Counted from the stretch's first letter, positions 1 to 9,972 are shown. The stretch is 64,000 nt of DNA from Nitrosotalea sp. (GCA_029850515.1 JARCRW010000017.1:8591-72590), one strand, 5' to 3'. Translations and numbers: made by a program. The notes: generated from the sequence alone by a model not told the origin.

Positions 1-1851
1 GTATTTGACGGAGATACAAAACAAATGGAACGTGGAGAAATTCTTTCAAATCCTCCTCAGGTCATAATAACTAACTTTGATGTATTACATTATCACTTGT
101 GGCATCGAACTAGGTTTGCTGCTTTGTTCAATACAACTAAATTTCTTGCAGTTGATGAAGCACATGTATACTCTGGAATATTTGGTTCTAACGTTCACTA
201 TATCATAAAAAGATTGAAACGAATCGCACCAAAGATACAGATGATTGCAGCATCTGCAACACTGGAAAATGCATTACAGTTTTGCCAGATGTTATTTGGG
301 GTAGAGATGATCCAAGTTTCAGGTTCTGGCAAGAAAGGAAAAATAGAATTTTCAATGCTCTTTCCATCCCTGATGACCCAGCGTGCACTAATGATTGACA
401 TACTAAAGAAATTGACATCAAAACGACACAAAACATTAGTGTTTAGCAACTCCCATCTTAACTCTGAACTTTTGGCACTGCAGGCAAGAAGACAAAAGGT
501 AGACATCAAGGTTCATCGGGCAGGCCTAATGGCAAACTATAGAAGGTCAGTTGAGAACTTGTTCAAGACTGACAAGCTACTTGCAATCTCTGCAACTCCC
601 ACACTTGAGCTTGGAATCGATGTAGGCAATGTGGATGGAGTCATATCATCTACGATTCCAGTAAACAGACTCACACAGAGGATAGGCAGGGCTGCAAGAA
701 AAGGCCAGGTGGGATATGCATTTTTGATACTAGGCAACGATCCAATATCCCAGTATTACAAGAATCATCCAGCAGATTATTTTGAGGATGTTGAGCAGAT
801 TTACATTGATCCGAAAAATCCCTTTGTTGAAGAATTTCAGGTTATTGCCATGGCGTGTGACAAGCCAATTGCAAAACATGAACTGCCAGAACACAAGGAT
901 GTAATCGATAGACATGTTGGTGCAGGTAGTCTTGTCTTGATTGAAAATAGGTATGTCCCAAATTATGATCAGATACAATCAATTTTGGAAGACTATAGCA
1001 TAAGAGGAATCGGAAGATCAATTGACATTTTCCTAAATGGTAAAAAAGTTGGAGAGCGAGTATTACCAATTGCGTTAGAGGAGCTTCACCCACAAGCAGT
1101 TTACTTTTTGGCAGGAATTAGATACAAAGTCAAAGAGACTGGATATCCAGAGAAGATGACCGCAAAGTTAGAACATCTCCCAAAGAATTATCCATACTAC
1201 ACCAAGGCACTTACAGAAGAGTGGCCAACAATAGAGACAATTTTTGAGAAAAGACTCGTAAATGGCATCGAGGTTGCATTCTGTAAGCTACACATTCAGA
1301 AGCGTGTCTATGGTTATGTCAACTTGGAGTTGGGCCAAGAGATAGGACAGGGACAAAAAATAATTTTAGAAAAACCACTTGATTATGATTTTGTGACAAA
1401 GGGAATTGTATTCAAGGCCCCAAGACCATTAGATGAGATTAACAAGGCAGAAAATGAAGAATATGTAGAAGCAAGCGGATATCATGCTACAGAGCATGTT
1501 GTAATAGAAGGAAGCAACATGATAACAGGTGGCGTCTCACAAGATTTGGGCGGCATATCTCTTGGTACATCTGGCTTGGTCTTTGTATATGATTCTGCAA
1601 TAGGCGGAAATGGTGCAAGTAAGGCACTATATGACAGGCTTGAAAAGGCCTTTGAGCGAAGTCTGAACATAGTAACAGAATGCCCTTGCAAGAGTGAGGC
1701 AGGTTGCCCACGCTGTACTTTTTCATACAGATGCGGCAACAACAATGAATACCTTCACAAGTTATCAGCAAAGGAGATTCTACAGAGGATAATAGATGGT
1801 GAAAGAACAGAGGTGACAGAGCCTGTAGAGGGTGACAAACCTCTAGTATGA
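1..1851 (+). CDS. Hrq1/SftH/MrfA-like DEAH-box helicase with C-terminal DUF1998 Zn-binding domain; 5' end lies upstream of the window
   Basis: Frame is open from base 1 (VFDGDTKQM, matching the family xDGDT motif). Motifs VDEAH, SAT, ATPTLELGIDVG, QRIGRAAR and C-terminal CPC-x4-GCPRC. Walker A is not in the window. Confidence 0.88.
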   Translation, partial: VFDGDTKQMERGEILSNPPQVIITNFDVLHYHLWHRTRFAALFNTTKFLAVDEAHVYSGIFGSNVHYIIKRLKRIAPKIQMIAASATLENALQFCQMLFGVEMIQVSGSGKKGKIEFSMLFPSLMTQRALMIDILKKLTSKRHKTLVFSNSHLNSELLALQARRQKVDIKVHRAGLMANYRRSVENLFKTDKLLAISATPTLELGIDVGNVDGVISSTIPVNRLTQRIGRAARKGQVGYAFLILGNDPISQYYKNHPADYFEDVEQIYIDPKNPFVEEFQVIAMACDKPIAKHELPEHKDVIDRHVGAGSLVLIENRYVPNYDQIQSILEDYSIRGIGRSIDIFLNGKKVGERVLPIALEELHPQAVYFLAGIRYKVKETGYPEKMTAKLEHLPKNYPYYTKALTEEWPTIETIFEKRLVNGIEVAFCKLHIQKRVYGYVNLELGQEIGQGQKIILEKPLDYDFVTKGIVFKAPRPLDEINKAENEEYVEASGYHATEHVVIEGSNMITGGVSQDLGGISLGTSGLVFVYDSAIGGNGASKALYDRLEKAFERSLNIVTECPCKSEAGCPRCTFSYRCGNNNEYLHKLSAKEILQRIIDGERTEVTEPVEGDKPLV

Positions 1852-1914
1852 TGTAATAAAAACTTGAAAGATTGGAATGATACAAATTATTAACATCATC
1901 AACAAAGAATCATT

Positions 1915-2739
1915 ATGGAAAAAGTTGCAATAGTGACTGGCAGTTCAAGCGGAATAGGTTTTGAGACTGCACTTGCATTAGCACGTGAAGGATACCACAC
2001 ATATGCAACAATGCGTGATGTCAAAAAAGGAGACAGGATTCTAGACATTGCAAAAAAAGAGAATCTCAAGATCAGTGTAATAGAACTTGATGTCAATAAT
2101 GAAAATACTATTAAAAAAGCAGTTGAGGGCATAATAAGCGAAAAAAAGAGAATTGATGTTCTAGTAAACAATGCAGGTTATTTTCTTGTTGGATGTTTGG
2201 AAGATCTAACGATTACAAACCTAAAGGATCAGTTTGAAACAAACTTTTTTGGAGTGGTAAGAACAATCCAAGCAGTACTGCCCACAATGCGCAGTCAAAA
2301 GTCAGGAACAATAGTAAACATAAGTTCAGTCGCAGGAAGAATAGGCTTTCCAGTGACTCCAGGATACATTAGCTCCAAGTTTGCATTGGAGGGTCTAAGT
2401 GAATCAATGCGATATGAGCTATTTCCGTTTGGAATCAGGACAATAATCATAGAACCTGGAGTCATCAAGACAAACCTGTTTTCGACCCTGAAAAAGGTGA
2501 CAAAGGCAGAGTCTCCGTATAGAGACATGACTGAAAAAGTAATGAAGGGATTATTGATGATGTCAGAGATGGGGACTCCTCCACAAGAGGTTGCCAAGAC
2601 CATAGTCAAAGCAGTTTCATCTGAGAATCCACTGCCCCGCTATCCTGTTGGCAATGACGCAATAATGTTTCTAGAGGCAAAAAAAGACAAGACGGATATC
2701 GAGTTTGAAAATTACATAAAAAAAGAGCTTTTCAGCTAA
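1915..2739 (+). CDS. Short-chain dehydrogenase/reductase (classical SDR)
   Basis: TGSSSGIG Rossmann motif, NNAG, catalytic YxxxK (YISSK). Confidence 0.95.
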   Translation: MEKVAIVTGSSSGIGFETALALAREGYHTYATMRDVKKGDRILDIAKKENLKISVIELDVNNENTIKKAVEGIISEKKRIDVLVNNAGYFLVGCLEDLTITNLKDQFETNFFGVVRTIQAVLPTMRSQKSGTIVNISSVAGRIGFPVTPGYISSKFALEGLSESMRYELFPFGIRTIIIEPGVIKTNLFSTLKKVTKAESPYRDMTEKVMKGLLMMSEMGTPPQEVAKTIVKAVSSENPLPRYPVGNDAIMFLEAKKDKTDIEFENYIKKELFS

Positions 2740-2895
2740 AATACACCTTTTTTGAGACTATTTCACCAGTACTGAAATACTATAGCATAAAATTCTATGA
2801 ATCTCACATGATTCTTTGGGTTAGATTGATATACGACATAAGGCAATTTTTGTCAAAGTCAACAGATTTAATCAAAGATTTAGTGATATTAAAAA

Positions 2896-4461
2896 ATGAA
2901 ATGGAAAACCCTTCAACACAATGGCATTGCGTTTCTTCCGCCCTATGAATCAAAAGGCATAACGGTCAAGATCAAGGGAGAAAAAGTTCCGTTAAACATA
3001 GATGCTGAAGAAATGGCTTACCAGTGGGCAAAAAAGAAAGACACCCCTTATGTCAAGGACCAAGTATTTCAAAAGAATTTTCTTTCCTATTTTGTAAAAA
3101 CACTTCCTGCAAATTTCAAAAATATTTCACTTGCAGATATTGACTTTTCTGAGGCATTCAAGATTGTGGACATGGAAAAAGATTCCAAGTTGACCATGAC
3201 CAAGGAGGAGAAGAAGAAAATTGCAGCTACAAGAAAGGAGATCAAGGAAAAAATGAAGGCAATGTATGGCAAGGCAATAATTGATGGAAAAGAAGTTGAT
3301 GTGGCCAATTGGATGGCAGAACCGCCCGGTCTTTTCATTGGCAGAGGGGACCACCCACTGAGAGGTAAGTGGAAACCACGGATTACAGAAAAAGACGTTA
3401 CACTAAATCTTGGAAAAGACGCCAAAGTTCCCCCAGGTAAATGGGGCAAGATAATCCACGAACAAGACTTTATGTGGCTTGCAAGCTGGGTGGACGTACT
3501 CACGGACAAGAGAAAATACGTATGGCTTTCCGATACATCAGATCTAAAGCAAGAGCGTGACAAGATGAAGTATGACAAGGCAACAAAACTAGCTGCAGAG
3601 ATAGACAAAGTGTTAGGCGCAGTGATAAAGAAAATGTCAGACAAGGATGAGAAGGTACGAAGAGTTGCAACTGTTTGTTATTTGATTTACAAGACTGCAA
3701 TGAGAGTAGGGGATGAAAAAGATCCGGATGAGGCAGACACCGTAGGTGCTACCACACTAAGAGTGGAGCACATAAACCTAAAACCTGGTGTCATAGAGTT
3801 TGATTTTTTGGGAAAAGATAGTGTGCGATGGCAAAAGCCACTTCCAGTGACAGAACAGGACAAGATATTTTTTGAAAATCTCAAAAAACTAACAGAAAAA
3901 AAGAAAAAGGATGATCTCATATTTGATGGAATTACATCAAGACATGTCAATGAGTTTCTATCAGGCATAGTAAAGGGCCTTACTGCAAAAGTATTCAGAA
4001 CATATCTTGCAACACAGGTAGTTACAAACTATCTCAAAAAAGTGGATAGTCTAAAATCAAAATCAGAAAACATCAAGATATACCACGCAAAATTGGCTAA
4101 CTTGGAAGCTGCAATAACATGCAACCACAAGAGAACCATACCAAAGAACTTTGATGAAACATTACAGAAAAAGCGTGAGTCGATCAAGAAACTAAAGGAG
4201 ACAAAACCCAAGACTGAGAAACAAATTGAAAAACTAAAACAACGCGAAGAAAAATTAAAACTCGTACTAGAATTGACAGAAAAAACTCGAGATTATAATT
4301 TGGGAACTTCGCTTCGAAACTACATTGACCCAAGAGTAGTCAAAGCGTGGTCTGATTCAGTTGGACTAGAATGGGAGAAACTTTACACGTCTGCATTACA
4401 AAAGAAATTCCAATGGGTGTCAAAAGTGGATATCAATTGGAAAGAGATTGCGCAAGTTTGA
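2896..4461 (+). CDS. top1: DNA topoisomerase IB (eukaryote-like, thaumarchaeal)
   Basis: Catalytic pentad intact: AMRVGDEK, FLGKDS, KVFRTY, CNHKR, GTSLRNYIDPRV. N-terminal KWKTLQHNG and EPPGLFIGRGDHPLRG match eukaryotic Top1. Confidence 0.97.
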   Translation: MKWKTLQHNGIAFLPPYESKGITVKIKGEKVPLNIDAEEMAYQWAKKKDTPYVKDQVFQKNFLSYFVKTLPANFKNISLADIDFSEAFKIVDMEKDSKLTMTKEEKKKIAATRKEIKEKMKAMYGKAIIDGKEVDVANWMAEPPGLFIGRGDHPLRGKWKPRITEKDVTLNLGKDAKVPPGKWGKIIHEQDFMWLASWVDVLTDKRKYVWLSDTSDLKQERDKMKYDKATKLAAEIDKVLGAVIKKMSDKDEKVRRVATVCYLIYKTAMRVGDEKDPDEADTVGATTLRVEHINLKPGVIEFDFLGKDSVRWQKPLPVTEQDKIFFENLKKLTEKKKKDDLIFDGITSRHVNEFLSGIVKGLTAKVFRTYLATQVVTNYLKKVDSLKSKSENIKIYHAKLANLEAAITCNHKRTIPKNFDETLQKKRESIKKLKETKPKTEKQIEKLKQREEKLKLVLELTEKTRDYNLGTSLRNYIDPRVVKAWSDSVGLEWEKLYTSALQKKFQWVSKVDINWKEIAQV

Positions 4462-4504
4462 GCAAGCTACATTTAATTGCATCAAGAATTTAGGCGTTAT
4501 TTAT

Positions 4505-4598
4505 GCCGGGGTAGCTCAGCCTGGCCTAGAGTGCCAGTCCATACAAAAGGGTAATACTCATAATCTGGAGGTCGTGGGTTCGAAACCCACCCCCGGTA
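4505..4598 (+). tRNA. tRNA-Met(CAT), probably elongator, with an 18-nt intron at 4538-4555 (position 30/31)
   Basis: Acceptor GCCGGGG/CCCCGGT and T-arm GTGGG-TTCGAAA-CCCAC. Removing 4538-4555 restores CCAGA-CTCATAA-TCTGG. BHB-like junction (TGCC/GGTA helix with two 3-nt bulges). No A1-U72 or GGG/CCC, so not the initiator; tRNA-Ile2 is not formally excluded. Confidence 0.92.
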
Positions 4599-4784
4599 TA
4601 CACCGTTTTGCTCAATGCCTTTGAGCGTGTTTTGAGGTATTTGAGCCAGGATTACTTCAAATCTCATGAAATTATCAGTTTATGACCATGGCAGGATCAA
4701 AAATAAAAACTCCTAACCAAAGAGCGTTCACAAAAACAGCATTTGTGAAACATTAAAAGATCAAAGGCCTGCGCATTAGGTAAG

Positions 4785-5348
4785 TTGTTAAAATCCGTTT
4801 TACTAGTGATTTCAATTTTATCTGTAACCCTGATGGTGCAGTCATTATTTTCTACAGCACATGCACAAGAAAATAGTCCAATGCAACAAGTGACACAAAG
4901 TGGTGTAACCATGCAGTTTACGTATTCCCCATCAAGCCCAAAAATCAATGATTATACTACATTGATGTTCTCCATGATAAATTCCACAACTGGAAAACAA
5001 GTACAAAACTATGTGGGATCAGTTACCATAGGCAATGTGGTTGGATTTACTGGTGGGAGTGGATATTACAACTTTAGTAAAATAACAGTTACAAACGGGA
5101 CTTTTTCAGTAAGTTATGCTTTTCCAAATGATGGCGTATTTCCAGTATTCTTCCGTGCAGATCATTCCACACCAATTTATGGATCAGGTAGTCTAATCAC
5201 AGTAGGAGTTTTCAAAGTAATCGTTCCCCCCCAAGCACCTTCCAGTGACTACAACACAATGATTTATGTCGTAATAGGAGTTGCAGTTGCAGCTGGTGGT
5301 GGGACTGTGATTGTCATCATGAAGAAAAGAAAACCCACCGTCCATTGA
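4785..5348 (+). CDS. Secreted/surface protein with signal peptide and C-terminal TM anchor
   Basis: TTG start, hydrophobic N-terminus ending AHA, beta-rich body, C-terminal hydrophobic helix followed by KKRK. Confidence 0.8.
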   Translation: MLKSVLLVISILSVTLMVQSLFSTAHAQENSPMQQVTQSGVTMQFTYSPSSPKINDYTTLMFSMINSTTGKQVQNYVGSVTIGNVVGFTGGSGYYNFSKITVTNGTFSVSYAFPNDGVFPVFFRADHSTPIYGSGSLITVGVFKVIVPPQAPSSDYNTMIYVVIGVAVAAGGGTVIVIMKKRKPTVH

Positions 5349-5592
5349 TTATCAAATCTAAATTTAATTTGTAGTTATAAAAGAGTAATTTAGCAAGTAT
5401 TGAATTGAGATTCCACGTCCCAGATATTCCAAACATGCTAAAAAAATCAATGCAAATACGATTAGTTTTGATTTTAGATTTATCAACAACGCAATAATCA
5501 TAAAACCAAGTTAGATGCCTCTAGTTGCATGTAATCATAGGGATTTATTCAGATTGACATTTTAAACAAAAAAGTTGTGAAATGGGTTGGCC

Positions 5593-6063
5593 CTATCCAC
5601 GTATAAGGTCAGCCCATGATTTTCGCTCTTCCATGGGAACATCATGTGGTCTTCCTTCTGCTTTCTCTTTTATCAGATCAGCCGCCATCTCTGCCTCAAT
5701 TTGTAGCTCTTCTTCAATTCTTCTTGAGAACAAGCCAGCAGGCCCAGATATTTTGTAGTTCATGCTAATTTCCAAAAGAGTTGCATTTCCCAGTGCGCTC
5801 AAAAGAAAATCCTTTGTTCCAGTTATCACGCCCTTTGTCCAAAGTACATGCAATTCTCCTTTGGGCACAAGTGTAATCTTTTGTAGGCACCTGTCTACCT
5901 TGCCTATGATAACTTCTCTAACAATCTCATTTTCTTTCTTTGAGATGTTTCTAATTTTTTTAGTCAAATTCCAGAACTTGGGATCATCATCAACTTTTGA
6001 TACCACGTCGTACACCTTTTCTATTGGTGCACCAATCTGTATTCTGACTTTGATTTCTACCAT
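5593..6063 (-). CDS. SRPBCC/START-like (polyketide cyclase) fold protein
   Basis: N-terminal I-x-I-x-AP-x-E-x-VY pattern and helix-grip length typical of SRPBCC. Confidence 0.75.
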   Translation of the reverse strand: MVEIKVRIQIGAPIEKVYDVVSKVDDDPKFWNLTKKIRNISKKENEIVREVIIGKVDRCLQKITLVPKGELHVLWTKGVITGTKDFLLSALGNATLLEISMNYKISGPAGLFSRRIEEELQIEAEMAADLIKEKAEGRPHDVPMEERKSWADLIRG

Positions 6064-6185
6064 GTCATATAATTAGTGATTCCGGAATAAATCATGTGTG
6101 TATACATTGTAAGACGATTGTGTCAGCAGGGCGAGTAATTGCTCATCGTATCATTTCTTAAATATTTAGAAATCAACTACACACC

Positions 6186-6722
6186 ATGGAAGAGACACAC
6201 CATAACAAGAAAAAAACATCGACCATAACATTCAGATTTGATTTAGATCTTATAGACAGGCTACACAAAGAGGCCAAAAATCATCAAGTAAATACCAACA
6301 CACTTGCAACCCAAGCCTTGAAAAGATTCCTAGAGTGGGACATCTACCAATCAAGAATAGGTCTGGTCAGCCTTAACAAATCTGTGTTTACAAAAATTTT
6401 TGACGGTTTAAGTGAAAAGAAGATAATAGAAATCGCATCCATTGGGAAAGACGAAATGCGCGATATTGCAATGTTCATGAAAGGAGAGACCGACATTGTT
6501 TCCTTTATGCTATGGTTTGAGATGCAAATGATCAACTCCTCTGTTCAGGTAAGTCACATGTCTAATAATGGGACCCATACTTTTGTTATGAAACACGATA
6601 TTGGTAAAAACTGGTCACTATACAACAAGATAGTCTTAGAGCTCATCTTCGAAGAGTTGTTCCACAAAAAAATTGACGTCAAATATGACAAGAATATGTT
6701 TGCGCTCAAATTCTCAGAATGA
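6186..6722 (+). CDS. Ribbon-helix-helix DNA-binding protein with C-terminal domain (thaumarchaeal family)
   Basis: KKTSTITFRFD beta-ribbon followed by two helices (LIDRLHKEAK; TNTLATQALKRFLEW). Confidence 0.7.
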   Translation: MEETHHNKKKTSTITFRFDLDLIDRLHKEAKNHQVNTNTLATQALKRFLEWDIYQSRIGLVSLNKSVFTKIFDGLSEKKIIEIASIGKDEMRDIAMFMKGETDIVSFMLWFEMQMINSSVQVSHMSNNGTHTFVMKHDIGKNWSLYNKIVLELIFEELFHKKIDVKYDKNMFALKFSE

Positions 6723-6907
6723 TTTGAAAATGAAATCCAGTTGCATAATTCTAAGATCATCCAACTTAATCATTTGAGGCAAGTTTCAAATGTATAAAAT
6801 AAGAAATCAGGGGAAAACTCATTAGCACCAAGACTGATTTAACCTCTACCGGCATACTTTTCATAGAGGCGAATACCTTTTATTCTAAGACAGTTCAAAT
6901 ACTGAAA

Positions 6908-7273
6908 ATGTCTAAAAAGATGCTAGTTTTTGCAGCTTTGTTTTCTCTTGTACTATCTATGACAGCAATACAAGAGGCAAGTGCTCTGACTAGAGGTACG
7001 GGCGAATATGGTCGTACCACGTCAATATTTAATCCAACCCAGGTCTGTGGCAACCACATCTGCCAACCCGGAGAGAGTACCAAATGGTCATCAGCTGTAT
7101 TATCATCACAGCGCCAAGGTCCAGGCAAAGCTACAGGTGCACAGTACGGATTCATCATAATGCATCAACTGGTTGTAAACTCTCTGGCAAGAACAGTCTA
7201 TGCAAATCAAACTACTTGGGACCATCCAGTCATGCCAGTACATACAAGCATGAATTCCACTGGATCAAAATAG
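6908..7273 (+). CDS. Secreted hypothetical protein with VCGxHxC disulfide motif
   Basis: Signal peptide ending ASA; VCGNHICQPGE motif. Confidence 0.75.
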   Translation: MSKKMLVFAALFSLVLSMTAIQEASALTRGTGEYGRTTSIFNPTQVCGNHICQPGESTKWSSAVLSSQRQGPGKATGAQYGFIIMHQLVVNSLARTVYANQTTWDHPVMPVHTSMNSTGSK

Positions 7274-7374
7274 GCATTTTTATTTCAAAATCAAATTCTG
7301 GCAAAAACACAACCCAAGATAGAAAACTAGATCTAAAGTTAATGTTAAATTGGCAGGTTTGACCCAATTTCATA

Positions 7375-8562
7375 ATGACAGAATTTGAAGAGTTTGCACA
7401 TGCCCTTTTAGATCAGCTCTCAGTTGAAATAAACGAGGAAAAAGAGATAACAAACTCAAAGGCAAAGTCCATTCAGGCGTTTGCCTCAAAGATAAAGTTT
7501 GAGGATATTGAACCAATTTGCAGTAGGTTATTTTCAGATATGTCAAAAAAAATAGCAGAATTTACAGGAATTTCAGTATCGCAGACAAGGGTCGAGTTTC
7601 CCGAACTTGTCGAGTTTAAGCGTCTAAAAGGACGCAAGGTGTATCCAACAAGAGAGTCTGCAGAGTTTGTAGACGAATTGTTCACCGCAATTGCAAATGA
7701 AGATGTTCTAAAGATAGCAACGCTTGCAGAAAATCAGACCTTCAGATACTTAGTTTATTCAACATATGCAAAGGGGTACATTTCACAGATATCCACCACG
7801 TATGGAGATTTTTACGAATCTGTAATATACCTAAACAAGTTCATCCTATCAAGTTATCCTCAAATCATACTATACAAGCAAGGTGAACCCTATGAATCAA
7901 GATTTGATCAGGTAAACTCGGGATATATTGGAGCCTTGAAGATGACCATCCTCGAGGAACAAATTCACTCGATACAAAATAATCTGTATGACATTAACAA
8001 AAATGCAGTATCTGAAGTAAATGCAATCAACGAAGAGCTTGCAAAAATAATCTTGTGTCTTGATGACACTACAATAAAGAACCTTTACAATTATTTACAA
8101 CTACCCGAAGTTCCAGATGAATACCCGGTAGCAAAGAGGGCAAACCTATTTTTCATATTAAATCCAGATAATTTCATAGTTCAAGTCTTGGGTCCAGATG
8201 TGATGACATTTACAAAGGTAACAGTCGATCCCAAAATTTCTGAGATGATTCCACAACTCTTGGACATTTATCAGAGATGGTTAAAACCAATCCAGTCACA
8301 TCACGCAGCATTTACAACGATGGAGGGGATGGCAGAGTTTGCGGTAAAAAATATTCTACGAGATGATCAAGACTTTAAGAATTATCTAGTCACGTTTGCA
8401 AATAGTGACATCTCATCATATCAGGTTAGAAAGAGCATGGGAATGGATTTTACAGAACATGTCTTTGCAAAGTTAGGTAAGAGTACATACAAGACATTGA
8501 TTGCAAATCCTCCAACAACTCGGGAACTCAAAAATCCAGAAAGTTATCTAAATAGAAAATGA
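7375..8562 (+). CDS. Conserved hypothetical protein, zincin/DUF2342-like with degenerate HExxH
   Basis: 395-aa ORF with coding-like composition; ILEEQIHSIQ and downstream MEGMAEF resemble zincin DUF2342 motifs (inference). Confidence 0.6.
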   Translation: MTEFEEFAHALLDQLSVEINEEKEITNSKAKSIQAFASKIKFEDIEPICSRLFSDMSKKIAEFTGISVSQTRVEFPELVEFKRLKGRKVYPTRESAEFVDELFTAIANEDVLKIATLAENQTFRYLVYSTYAKGYISQISTTYGDFYESVIYLNKFILSSYPQIILYKQGEPYESRFDQVNSGYIGALKMTILEEQIHSIQNNLYDINKNAVSEVNAINEELAKIILCLDDTTIKNLYNYLQLPEVPDEYPVAKRANLFFILNPDNFIVQVLGPDVMTFTKVTVDPKISEMIPQLLDIYQRWLKPIQSHHAAFTTMEGMAEFAVKNILRDDQDFKNYLVTFANSDISSYQVRKSMGMDFTEHVFAKLGKSTYKTLIANPPTTRELKNPESYLNRK

Positions 8563-9380
8563 ATGAATTTGATCCATTTGCAGCAGAGTGGATTTCTTAT
8601 GCAAAAAGTCCACAATACACGCTGATTGAAAAGTGTCTAAAACTATCTCAGATTCTAGAATTTCCTGATTTAGATATAACCGAATACATACAAAAATTGA
8701 GGACGTTTGAGCAAGGGCTACGTGATCACATATCGGATGTAAAAAACCCCATCTACCTTGTTTCCATGTTAAACGAGTACATGTTTGATGTCTTGGAGTT
8801 TGAAGGAAATAGTGATGACTATTACAATCCAAGAAATAACTTTCTAAATGTGGTAATTGACAAGCATACCGGAATACCTATCACATTGTCAATTATCTAC
8901 ATCGAGCTTGCAAAGGCAATAGGACTTGAGCTTCGCCCTGTTGGGTTTCCAGGCCATTTCCTTGTAAAGTATTCAGAGGAGCTTGTTTTGGATCCATTCA
9001 ATGGAGGCAGTCTATTAGATATTGAAGATCTGCAGGACATACTTGATGCCACATATGGTGAAGGTGTAGAGTTTGAGCCAGAATATCTAAATGACATAGA
9101 ACCAGAAAAGATTTTGATAAGAATTCTAAGAAACCTAAAGGGTTCGTACACCGAGTCTTTCAATTATGAAAAAGCAATGCACTGCATCAACATGATACTT
9201 GGCCTTGATCCCAACTCACCAGAAGATATCAGAGACAAGGGAATTATTCAGACAAGACTATTGCAAAATGATCTTGCGTTGACATCTCTTAACAAGTATA
9301 TCGAACTTGCTCCAGAAGCAGATGATGTTGATGACATATTAGAGATGATAAAAAACATCAAAGAAAAATCTAGTCAATAA
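8559..9380 (+). CDS. SirB1-like protein (Transglut_core2 domain plus TPR)
   Basis: YYNPRNNFLNVVID, GIPITLSIIY, GFPGHFLV, DPFNGG, ILIRILRNLK, C-terminal TPR helices. Start overlaps the upstream stop (ATGA). Confidence 0.88.
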   Translation: MNEFDPFAAEWISYAKSPQYTLIEKCLKLSQILEFPDLDITEYIQKLRTFEQGLRDHISDVKNPIYLVSMLNEYMFDVLEFEGNSDDYYNPRNNFLNVVIDKHTGIPITLSIIYIELAKAIGLELRPVGFPGHFLVKYSEELVLDPFNGGSLLDIEDLQDILDATYGEGVEFEPEYLNDIEPEKILIRILRNLKGSYTESFNYEKAMHCINMILGLDPNSPEDIRDKGIIQTRLLQNDLALTSLNKYIELAPEADDVDDILEMIKNIKEKSSQ

Positions 9381-9540
9381 TTGATTGCACGTCTTTTCCT
9401 TTTTTGATTAGCTTGTGTTCGTATCGTACAATTTTATTTCGAATTGTTCCTTTTAGGATATCTACCTCATTTCTCAGGCTGGCTACCTCATCTTCAAGTC
9501 TAGCTACTCTTTCATAAATTGACTCATCTTCGCCTGCCAT
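9370..9540 (-). CDS. Small coiled-coil protein
   Basis: Heptad pattern VARLEDEVASLRNEVDILK; ATG at 9540 (alternative GTG at 9555). Confidence 0.7.
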   Translation of the reverse strand: MAGEDESIYERVARLEDEVASLRNEVDILKGTIRNKIVRYEHKLIKKGKDVQSIID

Positions 9541-9611
9541 ATGTTTAATCTTCACTGGATGTGACCTTAAAAATTTATGGTTTATTTTGTTGAGGATTTT
9601 GTCAGTATTTT

Positions 9612-9773
9612 CTATAGGGTGAATTCACCGTTGCATGATTGGCACTTGCCTTTCTCGCTTCCAATCAATCCTATTATCAAAATTTTTCCTATTGTACCGC
9701 ATTTAGGACATAGGCCGGTGGTAACGTTTTTTGGACCGCTTGATCTTGGTTTTACCGATTTTCTCCTTACCAT
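9612..9773 (-). CDS. 53-aa basic zinc-ribbon protein
   Basis: MVRRKSVKPR...CPKCG...CQSC. Start moved to ATG 9773 because the longer ORF runs into tRNA-Ser. Confidence 0.72.
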   Translation of the reverse strand: MVRRKSVKPRSSGPKNVTTGLCPKCGTIGKILIIGLIGSEKGKCQSCNGEFTL

Positions 9774-9826
9774 TGAATAAATTTGCAAAATTCGGTTTAT
9801 TAAGTTTAAGCGTAGATCGCAGAAAG

Positions 9827-9910
9827 CGCGGGGAGTGGGATTCGAACCCACGGGTCCTTACGGACATGGGATTAGCAATCCCACGCCCTACCAGGCTAGG
9901 CGACCCCCGC
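9827..9910 (-). tRNA. tRNA-Ser(GCT)
   Basis: Minus strand GCGGGGG...TGGGA-TTGCTAA-TCCCA, long variable arm (GTCC-GTAA-GGAC), GTGGG-TTCGAAT-CCCAC, G73. Confidence 0.97.
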
Positions 9911-9972
9911 ACGATGTTGCTGAAATTTAAACTGTTATTATAACTTTGGAACCAGATCTGGAATAGATTTCC

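Noticed and set aside
4599-7373. Genomic island downstream of tRNA-Met
   Set aside because: Accessory-looking genes, but no att repeat or mobility gene detected by eye.
9703-9943. ORFs 9703-9912(-), 9731-9943(+) and the 5' part of 9612-9851(-)
   Set aside because: They read through the tRNA-Ser gene; their peptides are translations of tRNA sequence.
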